From assembly GCA_965242925.1 (NCBI GenBank), contig CBDEUM010000013.1, forward strand, positions 128,001 through 192,000: 64,000 bases of DNA, read 5' to 3'. The stretch's first letter is position 1. The number at the start of each line of letters is the position of its first letter. Source of the stretch: Roseibacillus sp. GTDB lineage: Bacteria > Verrucomicrobiota > Verrucomicrobiia > Verrucomicrobiales > Akkermansiaceae. Shown piece by piece: positions 42,954 through 52,487 of this stretch. The position numbers and the translations under genes are program-made. The notes under the pieces were generated by a model, which had not been told where the DNA came from, did not search any database, and worked only from the letters and a program-made list of their open reading frames with translations.

Positions 42954-44189
42954 TCATGCAAAGCGATCCACCGCCAGCTGATCCACCGGAATCGTTGGGG
43001 ACCGGCCAGCCACCAGCTCGGCCACCAGCTTCCCGGTGATCGGCCCCATACTGAGCCCCAGCATGGCGTGTCCGCCCGCCACCAGCACCTTTTCTCTTCC
43101 CTCCACCCGCCCCAGGTAGGGCAGGCCGTCGGGTGAACAGGGTCTCAATCCGGACCAGCGTTTCACTCCCTCGAATTCACCGGGAGTCAATCCGGGAAAC
43201 ATCCGACAGGCCGCCTTGATGATTCCCTGCACCCTCCGCTCGTTGATTGAAAGGTCATTCCCGCAGATCTCCATCGTCCCCGCTACCCTCAGAGAGCCTC
43301 CCATCGGAGTGATGGCCACCCGGGCCTCTCCCAGCAGGGAGCAGAGTCGAGGCAGGGTCGACGGATTATTCAAGGTCAGAGAGTAGCCCTTCCCTCCCTG
43401 CAGGGGAATCCGGGTCTTCAGCGACCGGGCCATGGAGTCGGTCCAGGCTCCTCCTGCCACAATCACTTCTGCGCCGGCCAGTTCCTCTCCACTCTCCAGC
43501 TGAACAGTCCCATCTCCAACCCCCTGCACCACACAATGATAGCGAAACTGGGCCCCCATCTTCACCGCGGCTTCCTTCAATCCCTGCAGAAATCTCCCCG
43601 GATCGAGATGACAGTCCTGCTCATACCAGATTCCTCCCCGCGCCTTCATCCCAACATCCGGATCGAGCTCCCCCAACCGATCCGGATCGCACACCTCCAC
43701 CCGTAGACCCAGCTCCCCGGCCCTGGCCGCCAGTTCCACTTCCTCCTTCAGCAACTCTTCGGTCTCGCACAGTATGAGGAGGCCCCGCCGCTGCAGACCG
43801 AAGTCGAATTCTCCCGCCAGATCCTTGAATAATTCGCGGCTCGCAAGCTGGAGGTCACGCAGCAGTTGCGCACTGGCAGTCACGTGCTTGGCATTGGCGT
43901 GTAACATGAAGGCCAGCCCCCAGCGGGCCAGCTCAAGGCTCAAGCGAGGACGCACGTAAAACGGACTCTCCGCATCGAGCAGCCACTTCAATCCCTGAGT
44001 GACAACCCCGGGCGCGGCCAGAGGCGTGAAGTGGCTGGGGACCACCATTCCTGCATTCTCCCGCGAACAATTATTCCCATTTCCCGCCTCCCGCTCCAGC
44101 ACCAGAACCTCCCGTCCCTCCCGGGACAGATGGTAGGCACAGCACATGCCGATGACTCCCCCTCCGACGATGATCACCCGTTCCTTCAC
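42954..44189 (-). CDS. FAD-dependent D-amino acid dehydrogenase, likely cis-4-hydroxy-D-proline dehydrogenase
   Basis: IVGGGVIG, SRENAG, GKGYS, WSGLRPCSPDGLP, GHAMLG. Confidence 0.88.
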   Translation of the reverse strand: MKERVIIVGGGVIGMCCAYHLSREGREVLVLEREAGNGNNCSRENAGMVVPSHFTPLAAPGVVTQGLKWLLDAESPFYVRPRLSLELARWGLAFMLHANAKHVTASAQLLRDLQLASRELFKDLAGEFDFGLQRRGLLILCETEELLKEEVELAARAGELGLRVEVCDPDRLGELDPDVGMKARGGIWYEQDCHLDPGRFLQGLKEAAVKMGAQFRYHCVVQGVGDGTVQLESGEELAGAEVIVAGGAWTDSMARSLKTRIPLQGGKGYSLTLNNPSTLPRLCSLLGEARVAITPMGGSLRVAGTMEICGNDLSINERRVQGIIKAACRMFPGLTPGEFEGVKRWSGLRPCSPDGLPYLGRVEGREKVLVAGGHAMLGLSMGPITGKLVAELVAGRSPTIPVDQLAVDRFA

Positions 44190-44308
44190 GGAGCGAACTC
44201 TACCGGGATCTCTCGCGAGAGCCAAGAGCACCCCTGCATTCTCCTTTGACTTTCGCCTTCTCCTCCCCTTTTATTATGATATTCAGAATTTCAATCTTCC
44301 CTAGCGAA

Positions 44309-44914
44309 ATGATGCCGCTCCATCCCTGGCTTCGTTCTTTCATCCCGGCCGCCCTGGTCCTGCTGGCTCCCCACACCCGGGCCGGAAAACCGGAATTCGC
44401 CACCCTCGACATGGCAAGGGCCTTCCAGTCCTACCATCTGACGGTCGTGGCGCGAGCCAAGGTGCAGGAGGCCCGCAAGACCCTGCAGAAGGACCCGCGC
44501 AGCGAGACCATCAAACTCCTCGATGTGGAGCTCAAGGACCTCAAGACGCAGATACAGAATCCCTCCTTCACCGAGGAACAGCGCCGGGAATACTACCGCC
44601 GCTACGTGACGAAGAACCACGAGCGCACCTCCCTCAGGCGCGAGCACGAGCAATACCTTCAGGAACAGCGCAATCTCATCAACAGGGACATGGTCAGGAC
44701 GACTCGCGCGTTGCTGGGCGATGTCCGGACGATCGTGCAGGAGATCGCAGAAGAGGAGGGCTTCGACCACGTCTTCGAAGTGAGCGGCGAGACCAGCTCC
44801 CAGCTCTCCACCCTCATCTACATTCGCCATGCCACCGATCTCACCGATCGTGTGATCAAGGAGCTCAACAAGAAGCAGTCAAAGGAAAAGGTGCCGACCA
44901 ACTCCGGCGGGTGA
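44309..44914 (+). CDS. OmpH/Skp-family periplasmic chaperone
   Basis: Signal peptide; FATLDMARAF, long helical region, IAEEEGFDHVF, DLTDRVIKELN. Confidence 0.75.
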   Translation: MMPLHPWLRSFIPAALVLLAPHTRAGKPEFATLDMARAFQSYHLTVVARAKVQEARKTLQKDPRSETIKLLDVELKDLKTQIQNPSFTEEQRREYYRRYVTKNHERTSLRREHEQYLQEQRNLINRDMVRTTRALLGDVRTIVQEIAEEEGFDHVFEVSGETSSQLSTLIYIRHATDLTDRVIKELNKKQSKEKVPTNSGG

Positions 44915-44961
44915 CCTGGTCAGCCCTTACTTCCGGCCATTCGTGATGGTTATGCCCGAAA

Positions 44962-46011
44962 TCACTCCTCGTCTACGGTCTCGTCCCGCTGGTAGATCGG
45001 AAGCTGCCGATAGGGCACCGTGAAGGCCAGCACCATGGTGGCCGTCCCATAAACCCGGCCCGCCTCACGGCTGTACCAGGATCCGTCCTCCTGCTGCTTG
45101 GGAAGGTAGGATTTGTACATCCAGTCGGCGTAGGTTTCCCAGTATTTGCCGCCCAGCTGGAACATCCCCTGGGCCGAATAATAATTCCCGTAGAACTCGA
45201 ACTGGTTATTGGAGAGCCGACGGTGGTTACGCAGGACGAAATCACCGGCCTTGATCGTGGCGGGTTTGCCGTGCTCGCCGCAGAGTTCCAGGCAAAGCAA
45301 CCCCATTCCGGTGAGCGACTCCTTGTGACTGGTGCGGTTGGAGTAACCAAATGTGCCCAGACGGTCATCGTAGTGGCGGTAGAGATACTCGACCGCATCC
45401 TTGATCGCGCGGTCGGGAACCGCGGCCCCGTTCAGTTTTGCCGAACGCAGGGCCATGAGGGCCCAGCCGCTGCAAGAGGTGTCACTGTCCCGCGATCCGG
45501 GATGATACCGCCACCCTCCCTGGTACTGGGGGGACTTGGGAACGCGCTGGGCACGGAGAATCAAGTGAAGCGCGCGGGAGAGAGCCTCCTTGATGGCCTT
45601 TTGCCGTTCCGGATCCACCATCCCGGAGACCTCGGAGAGGAAAAGGGTGCTGATGTTATGGGCATACATCGGCCCGCTTCCAGCGTGGCCGGCCACAAAG
45701 AGACCACTGCGATCCTGATGCTTCAGGACGTAGTCGATACAGCGGTTGATGTTGCTGGCGTAGGGGCCTTCCGTGGGCATATGCCCCTTGGAGAGAAAGG
45801 CCATGCCCACCAGCGAGGGAATACCCGTAGAAGTTCCGTAGTTCTCCGGGAAACTGCCGTTGCGCTCCTGCGCCCGGGCAAGGAACTGCAAGCCACGCTC
45901 CACCGAGGGATCCACCTTGCTTTGCCACTCCGAAAAGACCGTTCTGGGCACCTCCTGGGCCACCGTGCTCCAAGAGAGAAGCAGCACCCCGCTAACCACT
46001 CTGACAAACAT
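44962..46011 (-). CDS. Exported prenyltransferase/squalene-oxidase repeat (alpha/alpha barrel) protein
   Basis: GLQFLARAQERNGSF, MYAHNI, GGWRY..RDSDTS, QQEDGSW, LPIYQR; the upstream part of the track ORF is spurious. Confidence 0.82.
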   Translation of the reverse strand: MFVRVVSGVLLLSWSTVAQEVPRTVFSEWQSKVDPSVERGLQFLARAQERNGSFPENYGTSTGIPSLVGMAFLSKGHMPTEGPYASNINRCIDYVLKHQDRSGLFVAGHAGSGPMYAHNISTLFLSEVSGMVDPERQKAIKEALSRALHLILRAQRVPKSPQYQGGWRYHPGSRDSDTSCSGWALMALRSAKLNGAAVPDRAIKDAVEYLYRHYDDRLGTFGYSNRTSHKESLTGMGLLCLELCGEHGKPATIKAGDFVLRNHRRLSNNQFEFYGNYYSAQGMFQLGGKYWETYADWMYKSYLPKQQEDGSWYSREAGRVYGTATMVLAFTVPYRQLPIYQRDETVDEE

Positions 46012-46061
46012 TCCTCTCACAATAAATCTATTCCGAATTTTGGACCCCTGATCACCAGTCA

Positions 46062-49000
46062 CTACTCTCCCCCCCTTGCCACCTCCTGAAAATAGCGTTT
46101 TACCAGTCCACGGTAATCTTCGGGCACTCCGGCTGCACCGGCCCCTCCCACATCCGAGCGCAGAATCTCCTTGAGCTTTTCCCAGTCCTTGGCGCTCACA
46201 CCCAGCTTGGCCAGTTCGGGTGGCACGCCAGGATCGGCCTGGGCCTGCCGGATCCCTTCCTGCGGTTCCTGGCCCGGTTCCTGGCCCGGTTCCTGGCCCG
46301 GTTGACCTGGCCCGGTTGACCGGGCTGCTGACCGGGTTGCTGACCGGGTTGCTGCCCACTCTGCATCGCCTGCATCGCTTGTTGGGCCGCTTGCGAGAGA
46401 GCCTGAGCCGCCTGCTGCGAGGCCTGTGACTGCTGACCTGCACTCTCGGCCTGCGAGGCCTGCGCGGCAGCCTGCTGCGCTTCCGCCAGAGCCTCTCCCG
46501 TACCGGGAAGTTGATTGGGGCTGGGCTCTTGCCCGGCGGCCTGCTGCGCCTGCTCGGCAAACTGCTGCGCGGCCTGATCAAGCGCCTGAGCCGCCTTGTC
46601 AAAACTCTCAGAAGCCTGCGCATGCTGCTGGGCGGCAGCCTGGGACTGTCCCTGCTGTCCGGATTGTGCAGCCTGCGAGGCCTGCTGGCTTCCCTGCTGA
46701 GCCTGCTGAGAGGCTTGGGCCATCTCTCCGGATGGACCATTCAACTGGGGCAGGTCCTGGATCGCTTCTGCCAGCGCAGCCGCCTCCGCCGCCTGTAACT
46801 CCTGCACGGCTTGGAGAGCCTGATCGATATCTCCCGCCGCCAGCGATTCGAGGGCTTCCGCAATCTCGGCCTGACGTTGCGCCAGATCGGCAAGTTCCGG
46901 ATCAGCCAAGTCGCCCTGTCCCGGCTGCTGGCCTTCGCCGGGCTGTTGTCCTTCGCCGGGCTGTTGTCCTTCGCCGGGCTGTTGTCCTTCGCCGGGCTGC
47001 TGTCCTTCGCCGGGCTGCTGTCCTTCCCCGGGCTGCTCTCCTTCGCCGGGCTGCTGTCCTTCCCCGGGCTGCTGTCCTTCCGGGCTGCAGGCCTTCACCG
47101 GGCTGTTGTCCTTCACCGGGCTGTTGTCCTTCACCGGGCTGCTCGCCTTCACCGGGCTGTTGTCCTTCACCGGGCTGCTCGCCTTCACCGGGCTGCTCGC
47201 CTTCACCAGGCTGCTCCCCTTCACCAGGCTGCTCCCCTTCACCAGGCTGCTCCCCTTCACCAGGCTGCTCCCCTTCACCAGGCTGCTCCCCTTCACCAGG
47301 CTGCTCCCCTTCACCAGGCTGCTCCCCTTCGCCGGGCTGCTGGCCACGCTCTTCGCTGGGCAGAGCCAAATCGGCCAGCGACTCAGCAGTTTCGTTCGCG
47401 ATCTCTGCCGCGGCTTCCCCCAGGTCCTCTTCGATTGACTCCAGCGTATCCTGCGCTTGGGCAACTGCCTCCGGAAGAAGATTGGCGCGCTCCTCCAGGT
47501 TAGAACGGGCTTCCGCAAGCTGTTCTCGTGCCTCCTCCACAATCTCGGCCTGCTCGGCCTGGAGTTGCTGCCGGATCTGCTCCGCCAGCTCCTGTTGTGC
47601 TTCGTTGAGCTGGGGTTGACCTTCCTGGGGTTGACCTTCCTGGGGCTGACCTTCCTGGGGCTGACCTTCCTGGGGCTGACCTTCCTGGGGCTGACCTTCC
47701 TGGGGCTGGTCCTCCTGCGCTCCCAATTGCGCTTCGGCGGCATCGGCCAGGTTCTCCTGGCGTTCGGACAACTCAGAGGCCTGCTCGGCAAGCTCGGCGG
47801 CAGCATCGGCTTGATCCTGGAGAACCTCCGCCCGCGCTTCCGGGTTCTGGTTGATCTGCTGTTCGAGGGCAGCCTGCACCTGTTCCTGGGCCTGCTGGAT
47901 CTGCTGATTCGCCTCGGCCTCTGCTCCCTGCTGCTGCTCGTTGTTGGCAGCCTGACGCGCAATCTCGTTCTCCCGCTGCGCCAATTCGTTCAGTTGAGCC
48001 AGCTGCTCAAGGCGTCCTTCGTCCTGCTGGACGGCCTGCTGAATGGCCTGCAACTGCTCAATGGCCTCCTCCGCCGCCTCCCGGGCCTGGTCCAGCTCCT
48101 CCTCCCGGCCCTCCGGCGTATCCTGCAACGGAGTATCCTCCAGGCGCTCCCGTGATTCGTTAACCTCCTGTGCGGCCTCACGCACGTCCTCCGCCCGGGC
48201 CGCCTGCACCCCATTCTCCATCCGCTCGGCCAGTTCATTGAGCTGTTCGTGAGCGTTAGCCAGCTTCTCCCGGGCCTCCGCCAAGTGCTTCTCAGCCTGC
48301 TCGGAAAGCTCATCCTTCTTCACCTCTTCCTTGTGCCACTCCATGCGATCCTTGGCCTCCCTTACTTCCTTTATGGCCTCCGCAATGGTCTCACGCACGT
48401 CGCTCTGTTGCGCCCGGATCTCCTGGCGGGCCAGCGACTCCGCATTGCGATCGATCTTGATGATGAGCCACTCCGAACGTCCCACATTGGCCCCCCCCAG
48501 GGACTCCGGCAGGTTGTCGGTCACCACCACCGCCATGCGCAGTTCGTCAGCGTTCTTGTATTTTTCGGTGAGAGCACCGAGCGAGACCAGTTCCTCGCCC
48601 CGCCAGATTGGCTTGGCACTCAGGGCGTCCTGTTCCGGCACCGCGGCCGGCAAAGGGTCCACCGTGCTCCCGTTGACCAGCAGCTCCACCGCTGCGGCAT
48701 TCACCCCGAAATCTTCCAAGACTTCGTATTCCAGTCGCACCTGTTCGTCCGGCCGCAGGCGCAATTCCGCCTGGGTGGGAGCAAGTAGCACCACCTTGGG
48801 AGCGATATCCTGCACCACCTTGACCGGGAAACGCAATCCCTCGATCTCGCGACCCAGCTCGTGGTGGAGCATCACCTGGCCGAGGCCACCCTTCTCCGGT
48901 TCAAGCGTCCAGTTGACGGACACCCTGGTTCCGTCCGCTCCGGGGTCGAGGCCCACTGTTCCCACTTCCTTGCCATCCAGGAGGAATCGTCCGCGCACCA

Positions 49001-49994
49001 CTCCCGTGGTAGTGGTGCCCTTCACCGTGATCGTCGATCCCCCCAGGGCGGAAACGCCGCTTTCGAGCGGACGTTCCTGCCGGGATTGATCGGTGTATTC
49101 CGGGAAATCGACTACAACCTTCACCTTCCCGATGCGTGGCAACGACGCCACCGTGACGTCGTATCCATCGCTCTGGGCTTTTCCGACCTGTGCAAAGTAG
49201 TGGAAACTGTCCTTGGCCGCGGGCAGGCGATACTCGAACCGGCTGACGCCGTCTTCCACCCCGGCCCGCTTGAGCGTTTCGGTGAGCGTCTCCTCTCCCT
49301 CCCGTTCCATGATGAGGGAAAGCTCCTCCACCTTGGAGTCGGAGTACTTGACGGTGATCTTCACCTCGTCTCCTGCCAGGACCTCAATGTCCTCGGGATC
49401 GATGCTGAAGCGGACCGCTCCGGCATTTCCAAGATCGCTGAAGGGCGCAACCGCCCGGACCAGGAGGCGTTGGGCCTCCCCGGGAAAAATCACGAAGACC
49501 AGGATGAAGACGGTCGCCAACCCGGTCGCCGGCCAGAGCCAGCGCTTGGCGCGGCGGGCCCGCACCTCGGTGGTGGGATCCACTTCCTTGACGTCCCCCT
49601 GCGCCTCCACCACGAGTTCCTTCAGGAGAACTTCCGAGACCCCTCCCCTGGAATCGCTGGACAGTTCCAGGGCAGTGCTGACCCGCTCCTGGATTTCCGG
49701 GTGCCGGGTTTCCAGCCATCGCGCGATCTGCACCAGCGTGATGCGCCCCCCAAGGGGCTTCACGAACCAGGTCCTGATCGCCCAGAGCGCCCCCACCACG
49801 ATGGATCCCAGCAGGACCCAGCTCACCACCACCGGCAACGGAGCAAAGACCAGGTGGGCGGCCATGGAGAGGAGGAGCCCCCCCAGCACGACAGTTGCCA
49901 CCGCAGCCAAACCTCGGAGAACCTGCATGCGGCGCACCCGTCCCAGGAGGGCTTGCAGGGGCTTGACAATCTCCCGGGGAAGTTTCGTACTCAT
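46062..49994 (-). CDS. Large membrane-anchored coiled-coil Q/E-rich protein (DUF4175-like), with frameshifts near 47081 and 46305
   Basis: Three N-terminal TMs, Ig-like region, coiled coil, low-complexity repeats; manual translation of the third frame gives the C-terminus ...KDWEKL...VPEDYRGLVKRYFQEVARGGE* (TAG at 46064-46062). Confidence 0.72.
46262..46356 (-). repeat. 12-nt tandem repeats (GQEP/GQQP)
   Basis: CCTGGCCCGGTT x3 plus variants. Confidence 0.8.
46921..47342 (-). repeat. 18-nt coding tandem repeat, about 23 units (PGEGQQ/PGEGEQ)
   Basis: Units such as CCTTCACCGGGCTGCTGT repeated head to tail. Confidence 0.92.
47610..47708 (-). repeat. 15-nt coding tandem repeat, about 6 units (QPQEG)
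   Basis: CCTTCCTGGGGCTGA repeated. Confidence 0.9.
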
Positions 49995-50063
49995 TGGATG
50001 ATAGTGGTTGAGAGGATGAAGGCAGACGCCGAGCGCGTCCGCATCTCTGGAAGGTCGAATATA

Positions 50064-52487
50064 CTACGGAAGTCCACTCCGTCTTCTAATAACCCATTCT
50101 GAAGTTAATAGCGCACAAAACAAGACCAAGAGGGCCCAATGATCCCAGAGCCGGGTCTCCCGGAGTTCCTCGCGGGTCTCCTCCCCCGTCAAAAACAGGC
50201 CAGCCAGCTGCCCGGCCTCCTCCGGGGCCACCACGCGCCCACCCGAGAGCTCGGCCAGGGTGTCCAGCAGCGGCCGGTTCAGCGTAGTCTCGGAAAGCTC
50301 CACCGGGCTCATGGACCCCACCACCCGGAAGGCCGTGGAAACTCCTCCCTCCCCGTCCGCTTCCAGAAGATCGCTGGCCTTCTTGCCCACCAGCTTGATC
50401 TGGTAATCCCCCGATCCGGGGAACGGCCCCGCCTGCGCCTTGTGGAGCCCCGGGGAACCCTCGACGTAACGCATCTGGACGGTGACCAGTTTCTCGCCGT
50501 CCCGCCATACCTCGGCCTTGAGGGATTCGTCCTTCACCGGATTTTTCTCCACATCCCAGAGCCGGGCCGTGATCTGTAACTTGTCGTCGCCGGTGTAACT
50601 CAGGTGATCGGTCCCGAGCCGCACCGAGGCGGTGCCCGAACGCAGGTTGGGACCAGCCCCCCAGCGCACGAGCTGACCCCAGAACCGGTGGTGATAGATA
50701 TCGCCCACACCCTCCCGCAACCGCCACGACCGGTCGGTCAACAACATGGCCACCTTGCCATTGCCAACCTGCTGTGCGACCAGAATAGCATTCCTGGCCT
50801 CCCGCTCCTTCCGTTGCGCCAGACGTGAGAGCGCATTGCTGAGATCATCCGCGTTGTTCACCGAGACCTCCCCGTCCTCTTCGCCGGAGGCCACCACCAG
50901 GACGCTGGCGCCCTCCTTCACGCCTTCCACCGGGTGTCGCCAGCGGAACTCCGGGAACTCCCCCCACAAACGCTCGTTTTCAAGACGGCTGTCCGACTGC
51001 GCGGTGATCGGGTGGTTGCGCCCCTCGGCAGTGAGGATGAGACGATAGGGTGGCTCTTTCGTTCCGAAGAAGGTCCGCCGGCTCGGGGTGTAGTTAACCG
51101 GGAGGAGCTTACGCGCGATCCCCGACTCGATGGCGTGCGGCATGTGCCGGGGACCCGCGATGGCGACAAGGAAGGCGGCCCGCTCGGTCACGCAGCTCTC
51201 GATGGTCTGCCAGGTGTTTTCTCCGATGGCTTCCGGCGGCACGTCCCCGATGATGATGACGTCAAACTTGCGCCATTCTTCCTCGCTCTCGGGCAACCGG
51301 GTGGCCTGGGCATCACCGAACTTCCGCGCGGCCGAGGCGGGAACGGGGGCCACTTGCTGCCCCAGGATCGAATCCGGCTCCAGGAGGACATATTGCAGGT
51401 GGATCGACTTGTCCCGACCATAGAAGAGGTTGCGCAGGTAGCGGAACTCCCAGCGCGGATGGGAATCCACGATGAGCACATTGGTGCGGGCATCGGTGAT
51501 AGCGGTCTCGAACTGCCAGCTGTTGTTCCTGTCAAAGAACTCCTCCCCGAGGTTCTCCAGTTCCACCGTGTAGGCGTTGATTCCGTCCTCCTCCGGAACA
51601 TCGTTGAAGCGCACCTCCTCGCGGTGATGGTCCTGGGGAATGGAGATCACCTGCTCCTGGACAATCTCGTCCCCTTTTTTCAGGAGCACCTTGGCACGGC
51701 GTCCCCGGTATCCGTCGAACTTCAGGACGGTGGCCACCCGCAGGCGATCCCCGAGGTAAATGGCATCTGGCGAACGCACCTCCAGGATGGCAGCGTCCCG
51801 GGGCGGCGTCTCACTTCCGATTCCCACCACCCCGATGGGGGCATCCAGGATTCCGAAGCGCCGCGCGATGTCTTCGACCCGACCCGGACGGTTGTGCCGG
51901 CCATCGGTCACCATCACGAGACCCGCCAGATTGTCCGGCGGAACCTGTTCCAGCACGGTGCTCATGGCCTTGGCCAGGTCCGTGGCCTGGTCCCATCCTT
52001 CCGCGGCTTCCTCGCCCTCGCTCAGGGTCTTGCGCGCCGCCCGGATAATACGCACGCCCACCTTGCCCTTGAGTTCCTCAAAGAGGCCGCTCTCATTGAT
52101 GGCATCCTTCGAAATATCATAGCGCGATGCCGTCTGTCCCGGGTCAACCAGGTCCATGGAGGCCGAGTCATCCATCACCACGATGACTTCCTGCTCCAGT
52201 TCACGGTTCACCTTCCGGCTGAAGACCGGCTGGAGAAGCATCCAGACCAGGGCGACCAGGGCCAGCAGGCGCAGGGCGGTCAACCAACGCCCCTTGGTCC
52301 GTCCCACCGCACTCTGCTCGTAGCGGTAGAGAAAGATAATGCACTCGACCGCCACCGCCATGATCAGCGCGATGGTCCAGAGCGGCCAGCCGGTACCAAG
52401 ATGGAACACCTTGCGCAGCAGCTCCATCAGTCCCCAGGTCGCCGCAAAGACGAGCGATCCACGGATCATCATCAATCCTGCACTCAT
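50064..52487 (-). CDS. Membrane protein with vWA and glutamine-amidotransferase-like domains
   Basis: DDSASM, MVTDGRHN, PRWEFRYLRN, FDVIIIGDV, RFWGQLVRW, EWVIRRRSGLP. Confidence 0.8.
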   Translation of the reverse strand: MSAGLMMIRGSLVFAATWGLMELLRKVFHLGTGWPLWTIALIMAVAVECIIFLYRYEQSAVGRTKGRWLTALRLLALVALVWMLLQPVFSRKVNRELEQEVIVVMDDSASMDLVDPGQTASRYDISKDAINESGLFEELKGKVGVRIIRAARKTLSEGEEAAEGWDQATDLAKAMSTVLEQVPPDNLAGLVMVTDGRHNRPGRVEDIARRFGILDAPIGVVGIGSETPPRDAAILEVRSPDAIYLGDRLRVATVLKFDGYRGRRAKVLLKKGDEIVQEQVISIPQDHHREEVRFNDVPEEDGINAYTVELENLGEEFFDRNNSWQFETAITDARTNVLIVDSHPRWEFRYLRNLFYGRDKSIHLQYVLLEPDSILGQQVAPVPASAARKFGDAQATRLPESEEEWRKFDVIIIGDVPPEAIGENTWQTIESCVTERAAFLVAIAGPRHMPHAIESGIARKLLPVNYTPSRRTFFGTKEPPYRLILTAEGRNHPITAQSDSRLENERLWGEFPEFRWRHPVEGVKEGASVLVVASGEEDGEVSVNNADDLSNALSRLAQRKEREARNAILVAQQVGNGKVAMLLTDRSWRLREGVGDIYHHRFWGQLVRWGAGPNLRSGTASVRLGTDHLSYTGDDKLQITARLWDVEKNPVKDESLKAEVWRDGEKLVTVQMRYVEGSPGLHKAQAGPFPGSGDYQIKLVGKKASDLLEADGEGGVSTAFRVVGSMSPVELSETTLNRPLLDTLAELSGGRVVAPEEAGQLAGLFLTGEETREELRETRLWDHWALLVLFCALLTSEWVIRRRSGLP

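Noticed and set aside
46012..46740. N-terminal extension of the 592-aa track ORF 44962-46740
   Set aside because: Out-of-frame reading of the upstream repeat-rich gene; the true protein starts near 46011 with a signal peptide.
46921..47708. Tandem repeats as a CRISPR array
   Set aside because: No unique spacers, unit lengths are multiples of 3 and coding, and there are no cas genes.
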